DNA of 62,203 nucleotides, filler included, from an uncultured virus (IMG/VR IMGVR_UViG_2049941000_000192) (8 parts of one record of this genome joined end to end with filler, not necessarily neighbours in it); one strand, 5' to 3'; counted from the first letter of the whole stretch, positions 30,779-41,807 are shown. Numbers and translations: made by a program. The notes: a model not told the origin generated them from the sequence alone.

Positions 30779-31153
30779 ATGTTCATACTGGTACGAGACA
30801 CGAAAACCGACAAGGCCATTCTCGGCCACATCGTACTTGACGATGCGCTAATCTGCTACACGTGCGAGAATCGCGAGAAGGCTATCCCAGTAGGGCTGTA
30901 TTCGTTGCAGAACAGCATCAGCCCAAAATTCAAGCGGGAGCTTCCCCTCATTTACGGCGACAAGGTGGCCGCATCGCGCGGGTGTCGCATCCACGCTGGA
31001 AACAGCTACAAGGATTCGAGCGCGTGCGTGTTGGTTGGCATGTCCAGGAACTGCGTGTCGGGTACTATATCCGAGAGCAAGAACGCCGAGACCATGGTCA
31101 CCATGCTCTGCCGCAACATCTGCCAGCTCGCCATCGTGGATAACACATTGTAA
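30779..31153 (+). CDS. DUF5675-like putative endolysin (L,D-transpeptidase-like)
   Basis: AIPVGLY...SPKFKRELP...RIHAGNSYKDSSACVLVG. Confidence 0.75.
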   Translation: MFILVRDTKTDKAILGHIVLDDALICYTCENREKAIPVGLYSLQNSISPKFKRELPLIYGDKVAASRGCRIHAGNSYKDSSACVLVGMSRNCVSGTISESKNAETMVTMLCRNICQLAIVDNTL

Positions 31154-31160
31154 TAATTTT

Positions 31161-31364
31161 TTACTTGCAGACGGGCTTCATCCACGGGTATTTCCGCCTC
31201 CACCACCGCTCCGGCAATTTCGGCAGGGTCGCCACCGCCCACGCGCGCTCGGCAGGGGTGACAAATCGCTTGTCCCGGCTATTGTTCAGGTAGTAGTGCG
31301 TGAGCCCGAGGTGTACCGCCTCGCAAATCTTGAATTCTTGCTTGCTCAAGTTTATTTCGTCCAT
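31161..31364 (-). CDS. Small hypothetical protein
   Basis: MDEINLSK...; GGAGGAG RBS upstream. Confidence 0.55.
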   Translation of the reverse strand: MDEINLSKQEFKICEAVHLGLTHYYLNNSRDKRFVTPAERAWAVATLPKLPERWWRRKYPWMKPVCK

Positions 31365-31375
31365 TTTCTCCTCCG

Positions 31376-31718
31376 TTAAAAGTGGGCCTGGATGGTGTCG
31401 CCGAAGAACGTGCGGAGCCACCGCGAGATGTAGCGCAGGTCGTCCATCCAGTAGTGCTTCTCGTCCATCATGGTCCGTTGCCATGCCTGCGCCGCGTTGT
31501 AGTGCGTGGGCGTGCATAGGTTGTCGAACAGACGGGCGAGCGATTCCGGGGTGTCGTCGGGCGTGACCTTCGCGAGCGGGTACGCCTCCTCGTATGGCGA
31601 CCACAAGAACGAGGAGCCGAGAAGCACCGCTCCCACCGCCGAGGCTTCCAATAGCTTGAGGTTCGATTTCGACCGGTTGAAGTGGTTGTCGACGAGCGGC
31701 GCTAGGTAGAAGTCCGGC
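31376..31718 (-). CDS. GT-B-fold glycosyltransferase, C-terminal part (phage A)
   Basis: LAPLVDNHFNRSKSNLKLLEASAVG motif. Confidence 0.75.
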
Positions 31719-31894
31719 NNNNNNNNNNAGTGGGCGGCAAGATTTTCGACATCGACGACTGGAAAAGGAGGTAGTCCATGGCCTTGACAATCCGTAACGC
31801 TATGATAACACCCGCGCCCGCATGGGGTACGAGGAAGGACGGCTCGCACGTCCTCAACAACCAGTTCCTGCTCATAGTCCGAGCNNNNNNNNNN

Positions 31895-32156
31895 CAAATA
31901 CCCTCCATTTTTCATATGGAACCCAACGGCCGTCTATGTTCACTTGGCATCCGGCAAAGAAGTCCCAGGTGCATTCGTATCCAGACGGAGCAACTTTCTG
32001 TTCACATTGAAACGACGGCCACCAAATCATACAACCGTAAACTAGTCCTAGCACTACGATAATCATAAACATGTACAGAAATACTTCGGTATTTCCGGTG
32101 ACCAAGAGTACTATTGCGGCAACAATTATCGCTATGATTATAACACCTATTAACAT
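31895..32156 (-). CDS. Small membrane protein (allele at about 25371-25453)
   Basis: Two hydrophobic helices then a Cys-containing soluble part. Confidence 0.5.
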
Positions 32157-32678
32157 TGGTTACCTCCCAAACATGTTTTCATCATGAAGCATGCGACTCT
32201 CGCGTGCTTCTGTTTCTTCAGGACTCTCGGTAAGTAAGTCCCATATCATTGTAACTAATTCCCATGCCAGTATGAATGGGAAGGCTATTAATTTACCGAT
32301 GTTTATAAATAAGTACTTGATGCGTTTCATTTTGTCTCCTTGTAAAATGGATTCTTAACATTCATTGGCATATAGCACGTATCACAAATTCTGTGGTAAT
32401 ATGGCCCTTTGTTACCATCTGTATCGAAAGCGACATACTCTGCGCCACAATTATCACATTTGACAATTTCATGTGTCACTTATCCTCCTCATCAAAACGT
32501 GTTGTATGTTCCCATCTGCTACAGGCTTTTCCGTAGTAGTCATGCAACGGGCCTGGTATTCCATCCAACTTGCACCAGCACTTGTGTATTGGCCCATCAC
32601 CTGTATATGTTGTAGTCGTAGGCCCACAATGCTTGCAATACTCGCATCGGTTGTAATATTGGTCGTTCCAATCTATCA

Positions 32679-33434
32679 TTACTTCGTCTCCTTGCACTTA
32701 TTGTAAGAATCAAGTCTATCTAGATATTCGTTACGTTCTATTTGAACCATTTTCCCATTTTCGTTTTCTTTGTAAAACTTGTCGATCGGTATTACCTTTC
32801 CATCTGGACATTCGATTCTCAATACAGCGACGGTGTCAAAACATCCAGGCTTTGCATTTACATGATCGAATGTACGGTCGTATACTTTGTACGGCTTTGT
32901 GGACGGCATATACGGAAACTTAATAGGGAATAGCTTGTCAACCTCGTTTGATGATAGTCCTAAATGGTGGCCGTATTTTTCTTCATCGTCAATGCAGATT
33001 GCGTAGTCATTGTCAGTGTATTTAACGTTTCCGTCTTTATCTACATGCTTAAACACCGCAGAGCATCTGTTGTTTTGGAAAATCTTTTCGCCATCACAAG
33101 TTGCCCAGCCACATTCAATCCATTCGTCATCGGAATCCGTCAGAGGAGTGAGCGGCCTATGGTTCATAAGACGAATAAGTGCATTTTTAGTGAAGCCCCA
33201 AGAGCATCCTGAGTGCCCGTCTTTTAACATAGACTTGAAAGCTCGCAAAGCAGATGCGTAAATTTCTCCGCCATATGAAAAATCCTTTGGATTATATTTG
33301 CGGCCGTGTTCTTCAGCATCTTTTCGATCTGCCTCATGTTCACGCTTAATGGCTATGGCTATCTCGCGTTCAGCCCAAAATTCCATGACTGACTTCTTTC
33401 TAAAGAATCTCTTAAAGAATTTCATTGTGTTCAT
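32679..33434 (-). CDS. Conserved-looking phage hypothetical protein
   Basis: GHSGCSW, PLTPLT, FQNNRCSAVFK, PIKFPYMP segments; complete ORF. Confidence 0.6.
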   Translation of the reverse strand: MNTMKFFKRFFRKKSVMEFWAEREIAIAIKREHEADRKDAEEHGRKYNPKDFSYGGEIYASALRAFKSMLKDGHSGCSWGFTKNALIRLMNHRPLTPLTDSDDEWIECGWATCDGEKIFQNNRCSAVFKHVDKDGNVKYTDNDYAICIDDEEKYGHHLGLSSNEVDKLFPIKFPYMPSTKPYKVYDRTFDHVNAKPGCFDTVAVLRIECPDGKVIPIDKFYKENENGKMVQIERNEYLDRLDSYNKCKETK

Positions 33435-33502
33435 CCCTTTGTCTGTATGACGGTTGTATTATTGGGTTTAAGTTCATCGGCGAGTCTTTGCCTCCTTATG
33501 TA

Positions 33503-34396
33503 TCAGTTGCAAGAACTTTGCCCACGTAGGTTCTCGGCAAGTGCGAGCCATTTGCGTTTCCATTTTCCATACCATAAAGCCCTTTTCCAGCACCACGAAT
33601 CTTTGAAAAAAGTCCCATTTTTTTGTGCCGTTTCAAGCATCATGCAATCCATAGTATAGCACAGCTTCGCCATCGCCAAGCACCGCTTGTACTTGTGGTG
33701 GCGGAGTTCATCGTAGTATACATTGACCTTGCTCCACGCATAATCGGTTGCCTTTTGGAGTTCGTCGATATGTTCTTCAAGTTCTTCAATCNNNNNNNNN
33801 NGAGTCTTTGCCTCCTTGTGTATCAGTTGCAAAAACCTTTTCCACGTAGGTTCTTCGGCAAGTGCGAGCCAACGCTTCCGCCATTTACTATAAAAGTCGC
33901 CTTTCTTGCAAAAGTATTCTGCATCATGCCCAGGTTCAAGTTTCCAATAGTCGTCAGTAACCTCATATGTCCTCATCAATCTCAGTGACTCTTTGCACCA
34001 CTTCGCCATCGCCAAGCAACGCTTATGGTTGGAGTGACTGAGTTCATCGTAGTATACATTGACCTTGCTCCACGCAGAATCGGTTGCCTTTTGGAGTTCG
34101 TCGATATGTTCTTCAAGTTCTTCAATCTTCTCGTCCTCGATGCGGTCAAATGCCTCGCGCACGGCGATGGCGTTTTTGAACCCTCGCTTTGCGAACCCGC
34201 AGCCTTCCCAGAAGAAGTCGTGCATCAGGCACTCGTCCTTCAGTTTGGCAATCTCCTTGTCCTTTTCGGCAATAACCGCATCGGCTTCGGACTTGAAGTA
34301 TACTTTAGCATAGCCAGCCTTTATAGCAGATGCCTTTTGTTTGTCCGGTGCATCCAAGTACGGGATGTACACCCAGTTCCATTTAAGTTCGTCCAT
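33503..34396 (-). CDS. Phage hypothetical protein (two alternative C-terminal alleles joined across a gap)
   Basis: IEELEEHIDELQKATD...KRCLAMAK duplicated on both sides of the gap at 33792-33801. Confidence 0.5.
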   Translation of the reverse strand: MDELKWNWVYIPYLDAPDKQKASAIKAGYAKVYFKSEADAVIAEKDKEIAKLKDECLMHDFFWEGCGFAKRGFKNAIAVREAFDRIEDEKIEELEEHIDELQKATDSAWSKVNVYYDELSHSNHKRCLAMAKWCKESLRLMRTYEVTDDYWKLEPGHDAEYFCKKGDFYSKWRKRWLALAEEPTWKRFLQLIHKEAKTXXXXIEELEEHIDELQKATDYAWSKVNVYYDELRHHKYKRCLAMAKLCYTMDCMMLETAQKNGTFFKDSWCWKRALWYGKWKRKWLALAENLRGQSSCN

Positions 34397-34667
34397 TCAA
34401 TATCTCCTTGTTATTCCATTTACAGTTATAACCTGGATAGCAGCGGTCATAACGAACGCATGACCAACAATATTCAGGCAATGATGCTCGCCAACGATTA
34501 TACAGCGTAGCCACACTGGCCGCAGACTTAGATCTAGACTTGTGCCGCTGATATTCGTTGATAGCATAGATATTATCTAAAGGTCTCACGTGTTCTTCGA
34601 GGTCTACCTTGCCACTCATTAACAATCTCCCGGTCAAATATCCTACGGCACTTAAATCCTTTGCCAC
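34383..34667 (-). CDS. Hypothetical protein with C-terminal Cys cluster
   Basis: CWSCVRYDRCYPGYNC. Confidence 0.45.
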   Translation of the reverse strand: MAKDLSAVGYLTGRLLMSGKVDLEEHVRPLDNIYAINEYQRHKSRSKSAASVATLYNRWRASLPEYCWSCVRYDRCYPGYNCKWNNKEILNGRT

Positions 34668-34935
34668 ATACTAAAGCGTACTGGCATAATGTACATGGAC
34701 TAGGCTTATTCACCAATGCCTCCAAATATTTACAAGGTTAAGAATACATAATGCAATATTGCCGATAGCTCCGATCATAGTCCAATTCACGGTAGTTTGT
34801 CCTTCATTATGGAATTGAAAATGTTCTTGGTTTCTTCATCGGATAGTGCAGCACTTTCGATGACGGTGCTCTGCCCAAGCTTGTACGACTTGTACACAAC
34901 GATATATCCACCAATGCATGCCATTTGTGTTCTCA

Positions 34936-35586
34936 TTAGCAGATCTCCATGTACTGGTCATTCTTGCTATATGGAATTTCGTATTGGCGAATAGAATCGC
35001 CCAGGAACTTTTCAAGCAACGTTGAACTATTGAACGTTCTAAACATGCAATTGTCAAGCATAATGCCAGTCTTGCTCTTGAGTTTCCTGGACACCGCGTC
35101 AAGTTCATCCAGTCGCTCTTTCAAACGTCTGATAAGAACTTGCTCTGGCAATTCACATGTCATGTACGAACTATCTCTGGCAATCTCGAAGCTTACATCC
35201 GGGAACCACGACTGGATAGTTGCAGCGGCATAATTCAATTGTTCCGGCTTTGCTTCACTGCTCAGACGATAAATATCAATACGAGATGTATCACCTTCTT
35301 CGCAGATAAACTTATCAGGATCCATGTTCGTGCTGAACAATGCACGCAACACAGGGTTCTTAAGACTGCCGAGAACAATTTGTTGTGGCTTGATGTTCAA
35401 TGCTGATACTTCGTTATCTTTGAGAATATAGTCGAGCAACGAATGTGCCATGCTTTCTCGAATTTGAGAAGCGCTTCCGTCGAAGATGTTTCCAAAGAAC
35501 TTGTCTAGATATGCTTGATTGTGACAATATCTTGTCAACATCGCATGAAGAAGATTGCTGCAATGAAAGTTCTGAAGACGACGTTT
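34936..35586 (-). CDS. Probable C-terminal part of primase/SF3 helicase
   Basis: Open frame following the Walker A fragment across a gap. Confidence 0.45.
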   Translation of the reverse strand, partial: KRRLQNFHCSNLLHAMLTRYCHNQAYLDKFFGNIFDGSASQIRESMAHSLLDYILKDNEVSALNIKPQQIVLGSLKNPVLRALFSTNMDPDKFICEEGDTSRIDIYRLSSEAKPEQLNYAAATIQSWFPDVSFEIARDSSYMTCELPEQVLIRRLKERLDELDAVSRKLKSKTGIMLDNCMFRTFNSSTLLEKFLGDSIRQYEIPYSKNDQYMEIC

Positions 35587-35596
35587 NNNNNNNNNN

Positions 35597-35671
35597 TTGT
35601 TGAGGTGCGAACGCGGTAAAGGTGTCGCCAAACATCGTTTGCAGTATAGAGACAAGTTTTGACTTTCCATT
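35597..35671 (-). CDS. D5/P4-type SF3 helicase Walker A fragment
   Basis: Reverse strand reads NGKSKLVSILQTMFGD. Confidence 0.65.
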
Positions 35672-35817
35672 NNNNNNNNNNNNNNNNNNNNNNNNNNNNN
35701 NNNNNNNNNNNNNNNTTAATTAATTAANNNNNNNNNNNNNNNNNNNNNNNNNNNNNNNNNNNNNNNNNNNNCGATAGAGTTCGTATCGGTGGGCTATATA
35801 ATGAATAATAAAAAAAA

Positions 35818-35844
35818 AACCCTGGATATTTTCCAGGGCTTTCT
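35818..35844. terminator. Bidirectional terminator-like hairpin (allele at about 36160-36189)
   Basis: A-run, CCCTGGA / TCCAGGG stem, CTTTCTT. Confidence 0.6.
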
Positions 35845-36240
35845 TATATATAGTGGTTATTTTAAATATCAATTTTATCTTGCACTCATTTTAAATTTAC
35901 CTCATGTACTATTCCGGCACCTTCATTGTTATGCCAATGTTGATCGTGCTCTGCCTAGCATCGGTTATTCGTCCACTTTCTGAGCATATCGCGGAACTCA
36001 TTATAGCACTCCGGGCATAGNNNNNNNNNNNNNNNNNNNNNNNNNNNNNNNNNNNNNNNNNNNNTTAATTAATTAANNNNNNNNNNNNNNNNNNNNNNNN
36101 NNNNNNNNNNNNNNNNNNNNTGATAGAGTTCGTATCGGTGGGTTATATAATAAATAATAAAAACCCTGGATATTCTCCAGGGCTTTCTTATATCATATCA
36201 ATCTTATCTACCGGCCAAAGTTTAACGTGCNNNNNNNNNN

Positions 36241-37001
36241 GCGATCGAGGCGACCGTGGCCGGGAATGTGGCCGCGTCCGTCTGCTCGTGGATTTCCACC
36301 TTGTCCGCGAAATCCTTCAAGAAGTCCGGCATCTGGAAAAGGTGGAGCTCTATCCTATCCTCGGCCACCGCCTGCTTTAACCACGGAATCCACGCTCCCG
36401 CGAAGTCCCCCGGCTCGCCCTCCGAAAAGTGGCAGGTGCTCCCGGCGTACAATACGCGCGGCTTGACGAGCTTCTCCCCTATCAGGCGCGGCTCGTGGAA
36501 GCCGAAGGCGAAGCGCGGGACGGCGTTCGGGAGGATTTGCACATGATTCCACCCGAAGCGCTGCTCCATGCAGCCCTTGAGCCAGTTCGTCGTGACCGTC
36601 ACACCGTCCACGTCCTTCAATGCGTCGTGCATGATTTCGGCAACGTGCCAGTCGTCGTGCGTCTCGTAGTTCGGGTTCCATTTCGGCAGGATTTTCTCGC
36701 CGCGGCGCAAATTGAAGATGATGTCGTCGTAGTCCACGAAAATCTTGAAACCGAAGCGTCCCCTTTTGCGCTTGTAGTGCATCAGCATCGTAGCCTGCTC
36801 GTCGTTCTGCACGCGGAAGAACACCACGGCGGCGGTGTACTTGAGGATGTAGTCGTCGTTTATCTCCGCGCGGCTCGCGATCGTTTCCACCTCCCCGCCC
36901 TTGTCGGTGTTCAATAGTGTGGCGATGGCGTGGCAGCGGTAGAAGGCGCACGCGCTCTTGTCGCACGGGTGCAATATTACGATATTACGCTTTATCAGCA
37001 T
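36241..37001 (-). CDS. GT-B-fold glycosyltransferase, N-terminal part (phage A)
   Basis: ACAFYRC, IFVDYDDIIF, DGVTVTTNWL, ILPNAVP, VLYAGSTCH motifs; continues in 31376..31718. Confidence 0.75.
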
Positions 37002-37124
37002 CTTTCGCCCTCCTTCGGAGCTCGCATGCGCGGCAGATGTAGGTCGTCCGCCCGTCGCGGTGACACCATTTCCTATACCCGCACGTGCTGCACTCGGTGT
37101 ATTCCAGGTTGACCTTGTTGTCCA

Positions 37125-37445
37125 TCACGCCCTCCCCTCGATTGCAGGCACGGGAAGGCCATGCTTGAGCCGGTAGTTGTACGTGTCGTACTTCATGCCG
37201 TACCTCTCGAAGAATTCCTTCTTCCAGCGCTTCATGTACGCTGTCGCCTCATCCTTGTGAGCGACATACCAGCGGTGGCAATTTTCGGCATTTTTGCGGT
37301 TACCGCTCGGTGTAGCCCTATAACGGGCCATTTTGTCGCGCCTGCGGGCCTTTGTCGCCTCGCCCGTGTGTTTTACCGGGCTTGGCGCGATAGCGGCTTC
37401 CAGGGCCTTCGCTGCGCGTTCACGAGCTATCTTGTAGATGTCCAT
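37125..37445 (-). CDS. Basic hypothetical protein (MDIYKIAR...)
   Basis: Arg/Lys-rich; N-terminus resembles that of 38111..38622. Confidence 0.5.
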   Translation of the reverse strand: MDIYKIARERAAKALEAAIAPSPVKHTGEATKARRRDKMARYRATPSGNRKNAENCHRWYVAHKDEATAYMKRWKKEFFERYGMKYDTYNYRLKHGLPVPAIEGRA

Positions 37446-37456
37446 CGGCGTAGCTC

Positions 37457-37888
37457 CTAGAATGGTAAATCGTCGTCGCCTTCGAGGTTGTCGGCGGGTG
37501 CGCCCTGCTGCTGTTCGGGCTGCGAAGCGTACGGTGTTCCGGCGGCGATGGCGTTGCGCGGCGTGAGTAGCTGGATGGAGTCGGCGTTGAGCTCCGCGAT
37601 CGAGCGAGCGTTGCCGTCCTGGTCGGTGTAGTTTCGGAAGTTCATCTCGCCGGACACGTAGAGGGAGGCCCCCTTCTGTATGGCGAGCTTCTCGATGGTC
37701 TCGGCCAGCTTGCCGAAGGCCACGACGTTGAACCAGTTCGTCTGCTCCTTCTGTTCGCCGTTCTTGTCGCGGTACTTCTTCGTGACGGCGACGGAGAGGG
37801 AAGCCTTCGTGGAGCCGGATTGCAGGTGGACGATGGTTGCGGGTTTTCCGGTGTTGCCGATTATTTCGCATCTGTTGAGGTATGCCAT
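37457..37888 (-). CDS. ssb: Single-stranded DNA-binding protein
   Basis: LNRCEIIGN, TNWFNVVAFGKLAE, KGASLYVSG, acidic tail DDDLPF. Confidence 0.95.
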   Translation of the reverse strand: MAYLNRCEIIGNTGKPATIVHLQSGSTKASLSVAVTKKYRDKNGEQKEQTNWFNVVAFGKLAETIEKLAIQKGASLYVSGEMNFRNYTDQDGNARSIAELNADSIQLLTPRNAIAAGTPYASQPEQQQGAPADNLEGDDDLPF

Positions 37889-38110
37889 GTTGTTTACTCC
37901 TTGTGGATATTGTTGATTATATTCCTAGACAGCGCCTGCACTTGTACACCCCGTCGCCCACGTGCGCCATCATCGACGGCGCGTCGGCGTGGTTGCAGAT
38001 GCAGCAGTGCTCGAGGGTGATGGCCGGAGCCCTGCGCTTCACTACGGACGGCTCGGGCGAGCTCCTGCGGCCGTCGGTGTATTCCATGTGGATTCTTGCT
38101 TCCTTCTCGA

Positions 38111-38622
38111 TCATGCCACCATCCTTACCTTGAGTGTGATGCCGAGGAGCGCGAGGACGTGCTCGCCTCCTAGCCTGCGCTGCTTCATCTTTCCGCGCTG
38201 GACCGCGTTGCAGTAGTCGCGGAGCTCGCGTGCGCGTTCCGGGTTGCGCTCCTTCCATGCGTCCCTCCACGCCTGCTTGCGTGCGCGGAAATCGGGGTCG
38301 TCCTTGTGTCGGTCGTAGTAGGCCCTGGACTTCTTGAGGGCGTTCGCCTTGCCCTTTTCTGTGGCGTAGTATTTAGCGCCGCGCCTGCGCTCGGATTCCT
38401 TCCCGGCTGGCGAGTGCGCCCACGCCTTATGCAAGGCCTTCCGCTCGGGAGTCTTTTCGCGTTCGCGTTCTTTCAGTCGCATGGATTCGACCTTGTCGGG
38501 GTTGGCCTCTCGCCACTTGCGGTTGCGTTCGGCCTTGTGCGCCAGCGCGACTTCTGCGGCGTGGCTCCTTGTGGCGATGAAGTCTACATCCGCCATGCGT
38601 AGCCGTGCCATCTGGTAAATGT
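38111..38622 (-). CDS. Basic helical-repeat hypothetical protein (partial)
   Basis: WREANPDKV / WKERNPERA repeats, like HNH-associated N-terminal repeats. Confidence 0.5.
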
Positions 38623-39037
38623 TNNNNNNNNNNNNNNNNNNNNNNNNNNNNNNNNNNNNNNNNNNNNTTAATTAATTAANNNNNNNNNNNNNNNNNNNNN
38701 NNNNNNNNNNNNNNNNNNNNNNNAACTATGAACATGGTTGCGGTTACGGCGACGACCCACAGCGCCGCCTGCTTGATTGTGTCCTTCATTATGCCTCCCT
38801 TTCGAACGGCNNNNNNNNNNNNNNNNNNNNNNNNNNNNNNNNNNNNNNNNNNNNNNNNNNNNNNNNNNNNNNNNNNNNNNNNNNNNNNNNNNNNNNNNNN
38901 NNNNNNNNNNNNNNNNNNNNNNNNNNNNNNNNNNNNNNNNNNNNNNNNNNNNNNNNNNNNNNNNNNNNNNNNNNNNNNNNNNNNNNNNNNNNNNNNNNNN
39001 NNNNNNACATCCGTGCGTTGCCGTAAAGCCTATCTGC

Positions 39038-39334
39038 TCAAAGTTCCTCATAAATCAAAATCCAGTTGTCCTTGTCTACACTCGTCAATGTTCCTGTTTT
39101 GCAGTCTACACGCGGCACAAAGTCTTGCATACTACTCCGTCCACCGTGTTCCCTGCTTCCGTTCTCGTATTCCTTCCTTACCCTTTTACCAAGTTCGTTT
39201 CTTTGCTGGTGAAGGCATACCCCCCCCCACACTACTTCAAGACGCTGCACGAAAGTTCCGTTGCTTTTCGTCTTGCGGTCGCTCGGGTTGTCCGGGTTGC
39301 GTCCTCTACTTGCCACTACTATTGAGTTCTTCAT
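39038..39334 (-). CDS. Protein resembling the variable region of phage C5-cytosine methyltransferases
   Basis: VASRGRNPDNPSDR...VQRLE and GTLTSVDKDNWIL segments; no catalytic motif visible. Confidence 0.45.
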   Translation of the reverse strand: MKNSIVVASRGRNPDNPSDRKTKSNGTFVQRLEVVWGGVCLHQQRNELGKRVRKEYENGSREHGGRSSMQDFVPRVDCKTGTLTSVDKDNWILIYEEL

Positions 39335-39394
39335 NNNNNNNNNNNNNTTCCTTCAATGCGGCGAGGATGCCTGCGTTCTGCGATTGTCTTTGCA

Positions 39395-39802
39395 TTATTC
39401 GTCCCTCCCGTAGTTCTCGCCATCGGCATGGCACTCGTCGAAGTGTTCCATCACGAAGGCCACAAAGTCCTCGTGCATCTTTTCCGCTTCCAGGTCCGTC
39501 TTGCCATCCGGTTCGCGGTCAATTTGCCATTGTCCGTCGTAGGTGTAAATCTGCTTTTGTATGTCGGCTTCGATATAGTCGCCGTCAACGTGAGCGACGA
39601 AGGCCATCGTTTCGTACCAGCGTTTTAGTCCAATTTCGTCGAAGCCTTCATGCTTTCCGTAGTGGCTACGCTTTACGAGGCATCCCACAGACGAGACTAC
39701 AATCATTCTCCCGTCATCGTTCTTAACGAGCGTGTTTCTATGCCATTGACAATCCGGGCCTAAACAGAAATGTCCCGCCCATCCGCGTTCGATTCTTTCC
39801 AT
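39395..39802 (-). CDS. Phage hypothetical protein
   Basis: ERGWAGHFC...CQWHRNTL...WYETMAF; AAGGAG RBS. Confidence 0.6.
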   Translation of the reverse strand: MERIERGWAGHFCLGPDCQWHRNTLVKNDDGRMIVVSSVGCLVKRSHYGKHEGFDEIGLKRWYETMAFVAHVDGDYIEADIQKQIYTYDGQWQIDREPDGKTDLEAEKMHEDFVAFVMEHFDECHADGENYGRDE

Positions 39803-39962
39803 GCGTTTCTCCTTGTGTTAGGTGTTCTTGTTCAATCGTTTTANNNNNNNNNNCTGCTTCAGGTCGAACAGTGCCAGTGGTTGATTTGTCTTCGGAGGAA
39901 TCGGCATTGTCGTTTCATAAATAATACCTGCGGCAATTTGCTGGCTGGTACGNNNNNNNNNN

Positions 39963-40703
39963 TTGCTTCAGGTCGAACAATGCCAGCGGTTGATTTGTCT
40001 TTGGCGGAATAGGCATTGTCGTTTCATAAATAATACCTGCGGCAATTTGCTGGCTGGTACGATCGAATGCAAATGGTAAATCCTTAGGCCACCATTTGAG
40101 GAGTTCACGATACGCAAGAAGCGTGGTCTTTCCTGCAACACCTTTGTCCCAACCATACTTCCAGAAGATATGCATCATAGACGAAACGTCGTATTCACAA
40201 TAATCGTCAATCTCGCGTTTCATTTCATCGGTCAAATGTTCTTCCGGATCGTAAGGAAGTTCACGAATACGAAGACCTTCGTACATTTCCCATTGTTTCA
40301 ACGAATATCTAAGCAAACAGTTATTGAGAAGGTCAAAGTGTTTTGCGTTCCACGCACGTACCGCGCAGTGACGTTTTACGATCGGATTGTTGTTTGCGTC
40401 GTACGAAATGAGTGCTTGTGCATCGCTGAAGACATATTTTAGAGGAACGCGTTCAGAACGTTTCAAATCGCTCTTGATTTTTGCAAGTACCGGCAAGTCG
40501 AATCGCTTACCGTTAAACGTGATGATGTAGTCAGCTTCATCGATATACGATTCAATGACTGCCATTCGTTCACGAGTTACTCCAGCGCCGTCATCACCGA
40601 CGCGAATTGTCTTTGTGCACTCTTTAGTGTCTGAGTTATACATTTTACCGACAAAGACGAAGTGCTCTTTGTACGTTTCAATATCAAATCCAAGAATGTT
40701 CAT
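39963..40703 (-). CDS. DNA polymerase, N-terminal 3'-5' exonuclease domain (phage B; truncated by gap)
   Basis: ExoI FDIETY, ExoII TFNGKRFDLPVL, ExoIII YCEYDV. Confidence 0.85.
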
Positions 40704-41407
40704 TAAGCCTCCAAGAACTTCTTAACAGTGTCAAGTTCCCAATCGTAAAGATGAAGCGAATCGGCGAACCACACGATGTCGCACCGCTCAATCTTAATAC
40801 GGTGTGTCTTTTCGATCTCGGCCTTCATGTCCATCAGAACTTTGTGATGCCACATGAAATCATTGCGAAGACCATACCAAGCATCACACGAACGCATGTG
40901 TACGTCGTACACGAGACAATATGCACCCGCCTTGTAACGCACGTTTACGGACGTGTAGATTGTACAAATCATGTCGCTCTTTGCATGAATGTTGTCATTC
41001 CATTCCGAGTTGATCGATGGTCTGGAATAAATCATTACGCAATGCTTTGTAAAGAGGTCGTTCGTGATTGCCTCAAGAGCGTGTTTGTACTGCGATTTGT
41101 TTTCCGGAGAATACAGACACCATCCGTAGTTTGAGTTCACACGACCTGTATCTGATGCAATTCTACGCCAGATACTGTTCTTGGCGATTCTCGGGTTAGA
41201 GTTGATGTCGCAGTTCATGGATTGATACCACGCGAGTTCTGCTTTAACGTATTCTTCGTTTACGCACGTGAGAGGCTGTAAGCCATCAAAGATCGCTGCG
41301 AAACCAAGACGTTCGTGTTCACAACCATTATCGCTCTCATACTTCGAATGGATAAGATCACGAAGGATGTTTTTGTAAAAATCATCGTTTGTCATCTGTG
41401 CTACCAA
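40703..41407 (-). CDS. dCMP hydroxymethylase (T4 gp42-like, thymidylate synthase superfamily)
   Basis: NEEYVKAELAWY, VNSNYGW, MIYSRPS, DMICT (catalytic Cys), MRSCD..YGLRND, SLHLY match gp42 motifs. Confidence 0.88.
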   Translation of the reverse strand: MVAQMTNDDFYKNILRDLIHSKYESDNGCEHERLGFAAIFDGLQPLTCVNEEYVKAELAWYQSMNCDINSNPRIAKNSIWRRIASDTGRVNSNYGWCLYSPENKSQYKHALEAITNDLFTKHCVMIYSRPSINSEWNDNIHAKSDMICTIYTSVNVRYKAGAYCLVYDVHMRSCDAWYGLRNDFMWHHKVLMDMKAEIEKTHRIKIERCDIVWFADSLHLYDWELDTVKKFLEA

Positions 41408-41807
41408 AGCCTCCCTCGCGCTTCACGTACATACGTTCGATTGTCTTTACGTCTGTTGCCGGCTGAAGTTCGATTTGCACGACTCTTTCGCCGGCTTCTA
41501 TTACCACAGGTTCACTTGTGAAGTTGTACACAGGCACATGAACCATGCCGCGATAATCGCTGTCGATGATCGAAACCGGAATGATAAGACCTTTGCCGAG
41601 AGTAGAAGACCTCGGGTACATAACGACTTTGTTACCGCTTGCAATATCGAAATGCAAGTACGTCGGAATCTTTTTGTATGAGTGAGCTGCGACTATGGTA
41701 GTTTTGGGGATAGCGACGTCGGCACATGCTGCAAATTCCGTCATATACTTTGGCGGAATTCCAGTTGTACCATCATCGTCATGGAGTTGATACACAGTTA
41801 ACGACAT
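41382..41807 (-). CDS. dut: Trimeric dUTPase-family pyrophosphatase
   Basis: PRSS, IIDSDYRG, ERVVQ, REGGFGST motifs. Confidence 0.9.
   Translation of the reverse strand: MSLTVYQLHDDDGTTGIPPKYMTEFAACADVAIPKTTIVAAHSYKKIPTYLHFDIASGNKVVMYPRSSTLGKGLIIPVSIIDSDYRGMVHVPVYNFTSEPVVIEAGERVVQIELQPATDVKTIERMYVKREGGFGSTDDKR

Noticed and set aside
1383..38679. Seven identical TTAATTAATTAA palindromes
   Set aside because: Always centred in N gaps; a scaffolding linker with stops in six frames, not biological
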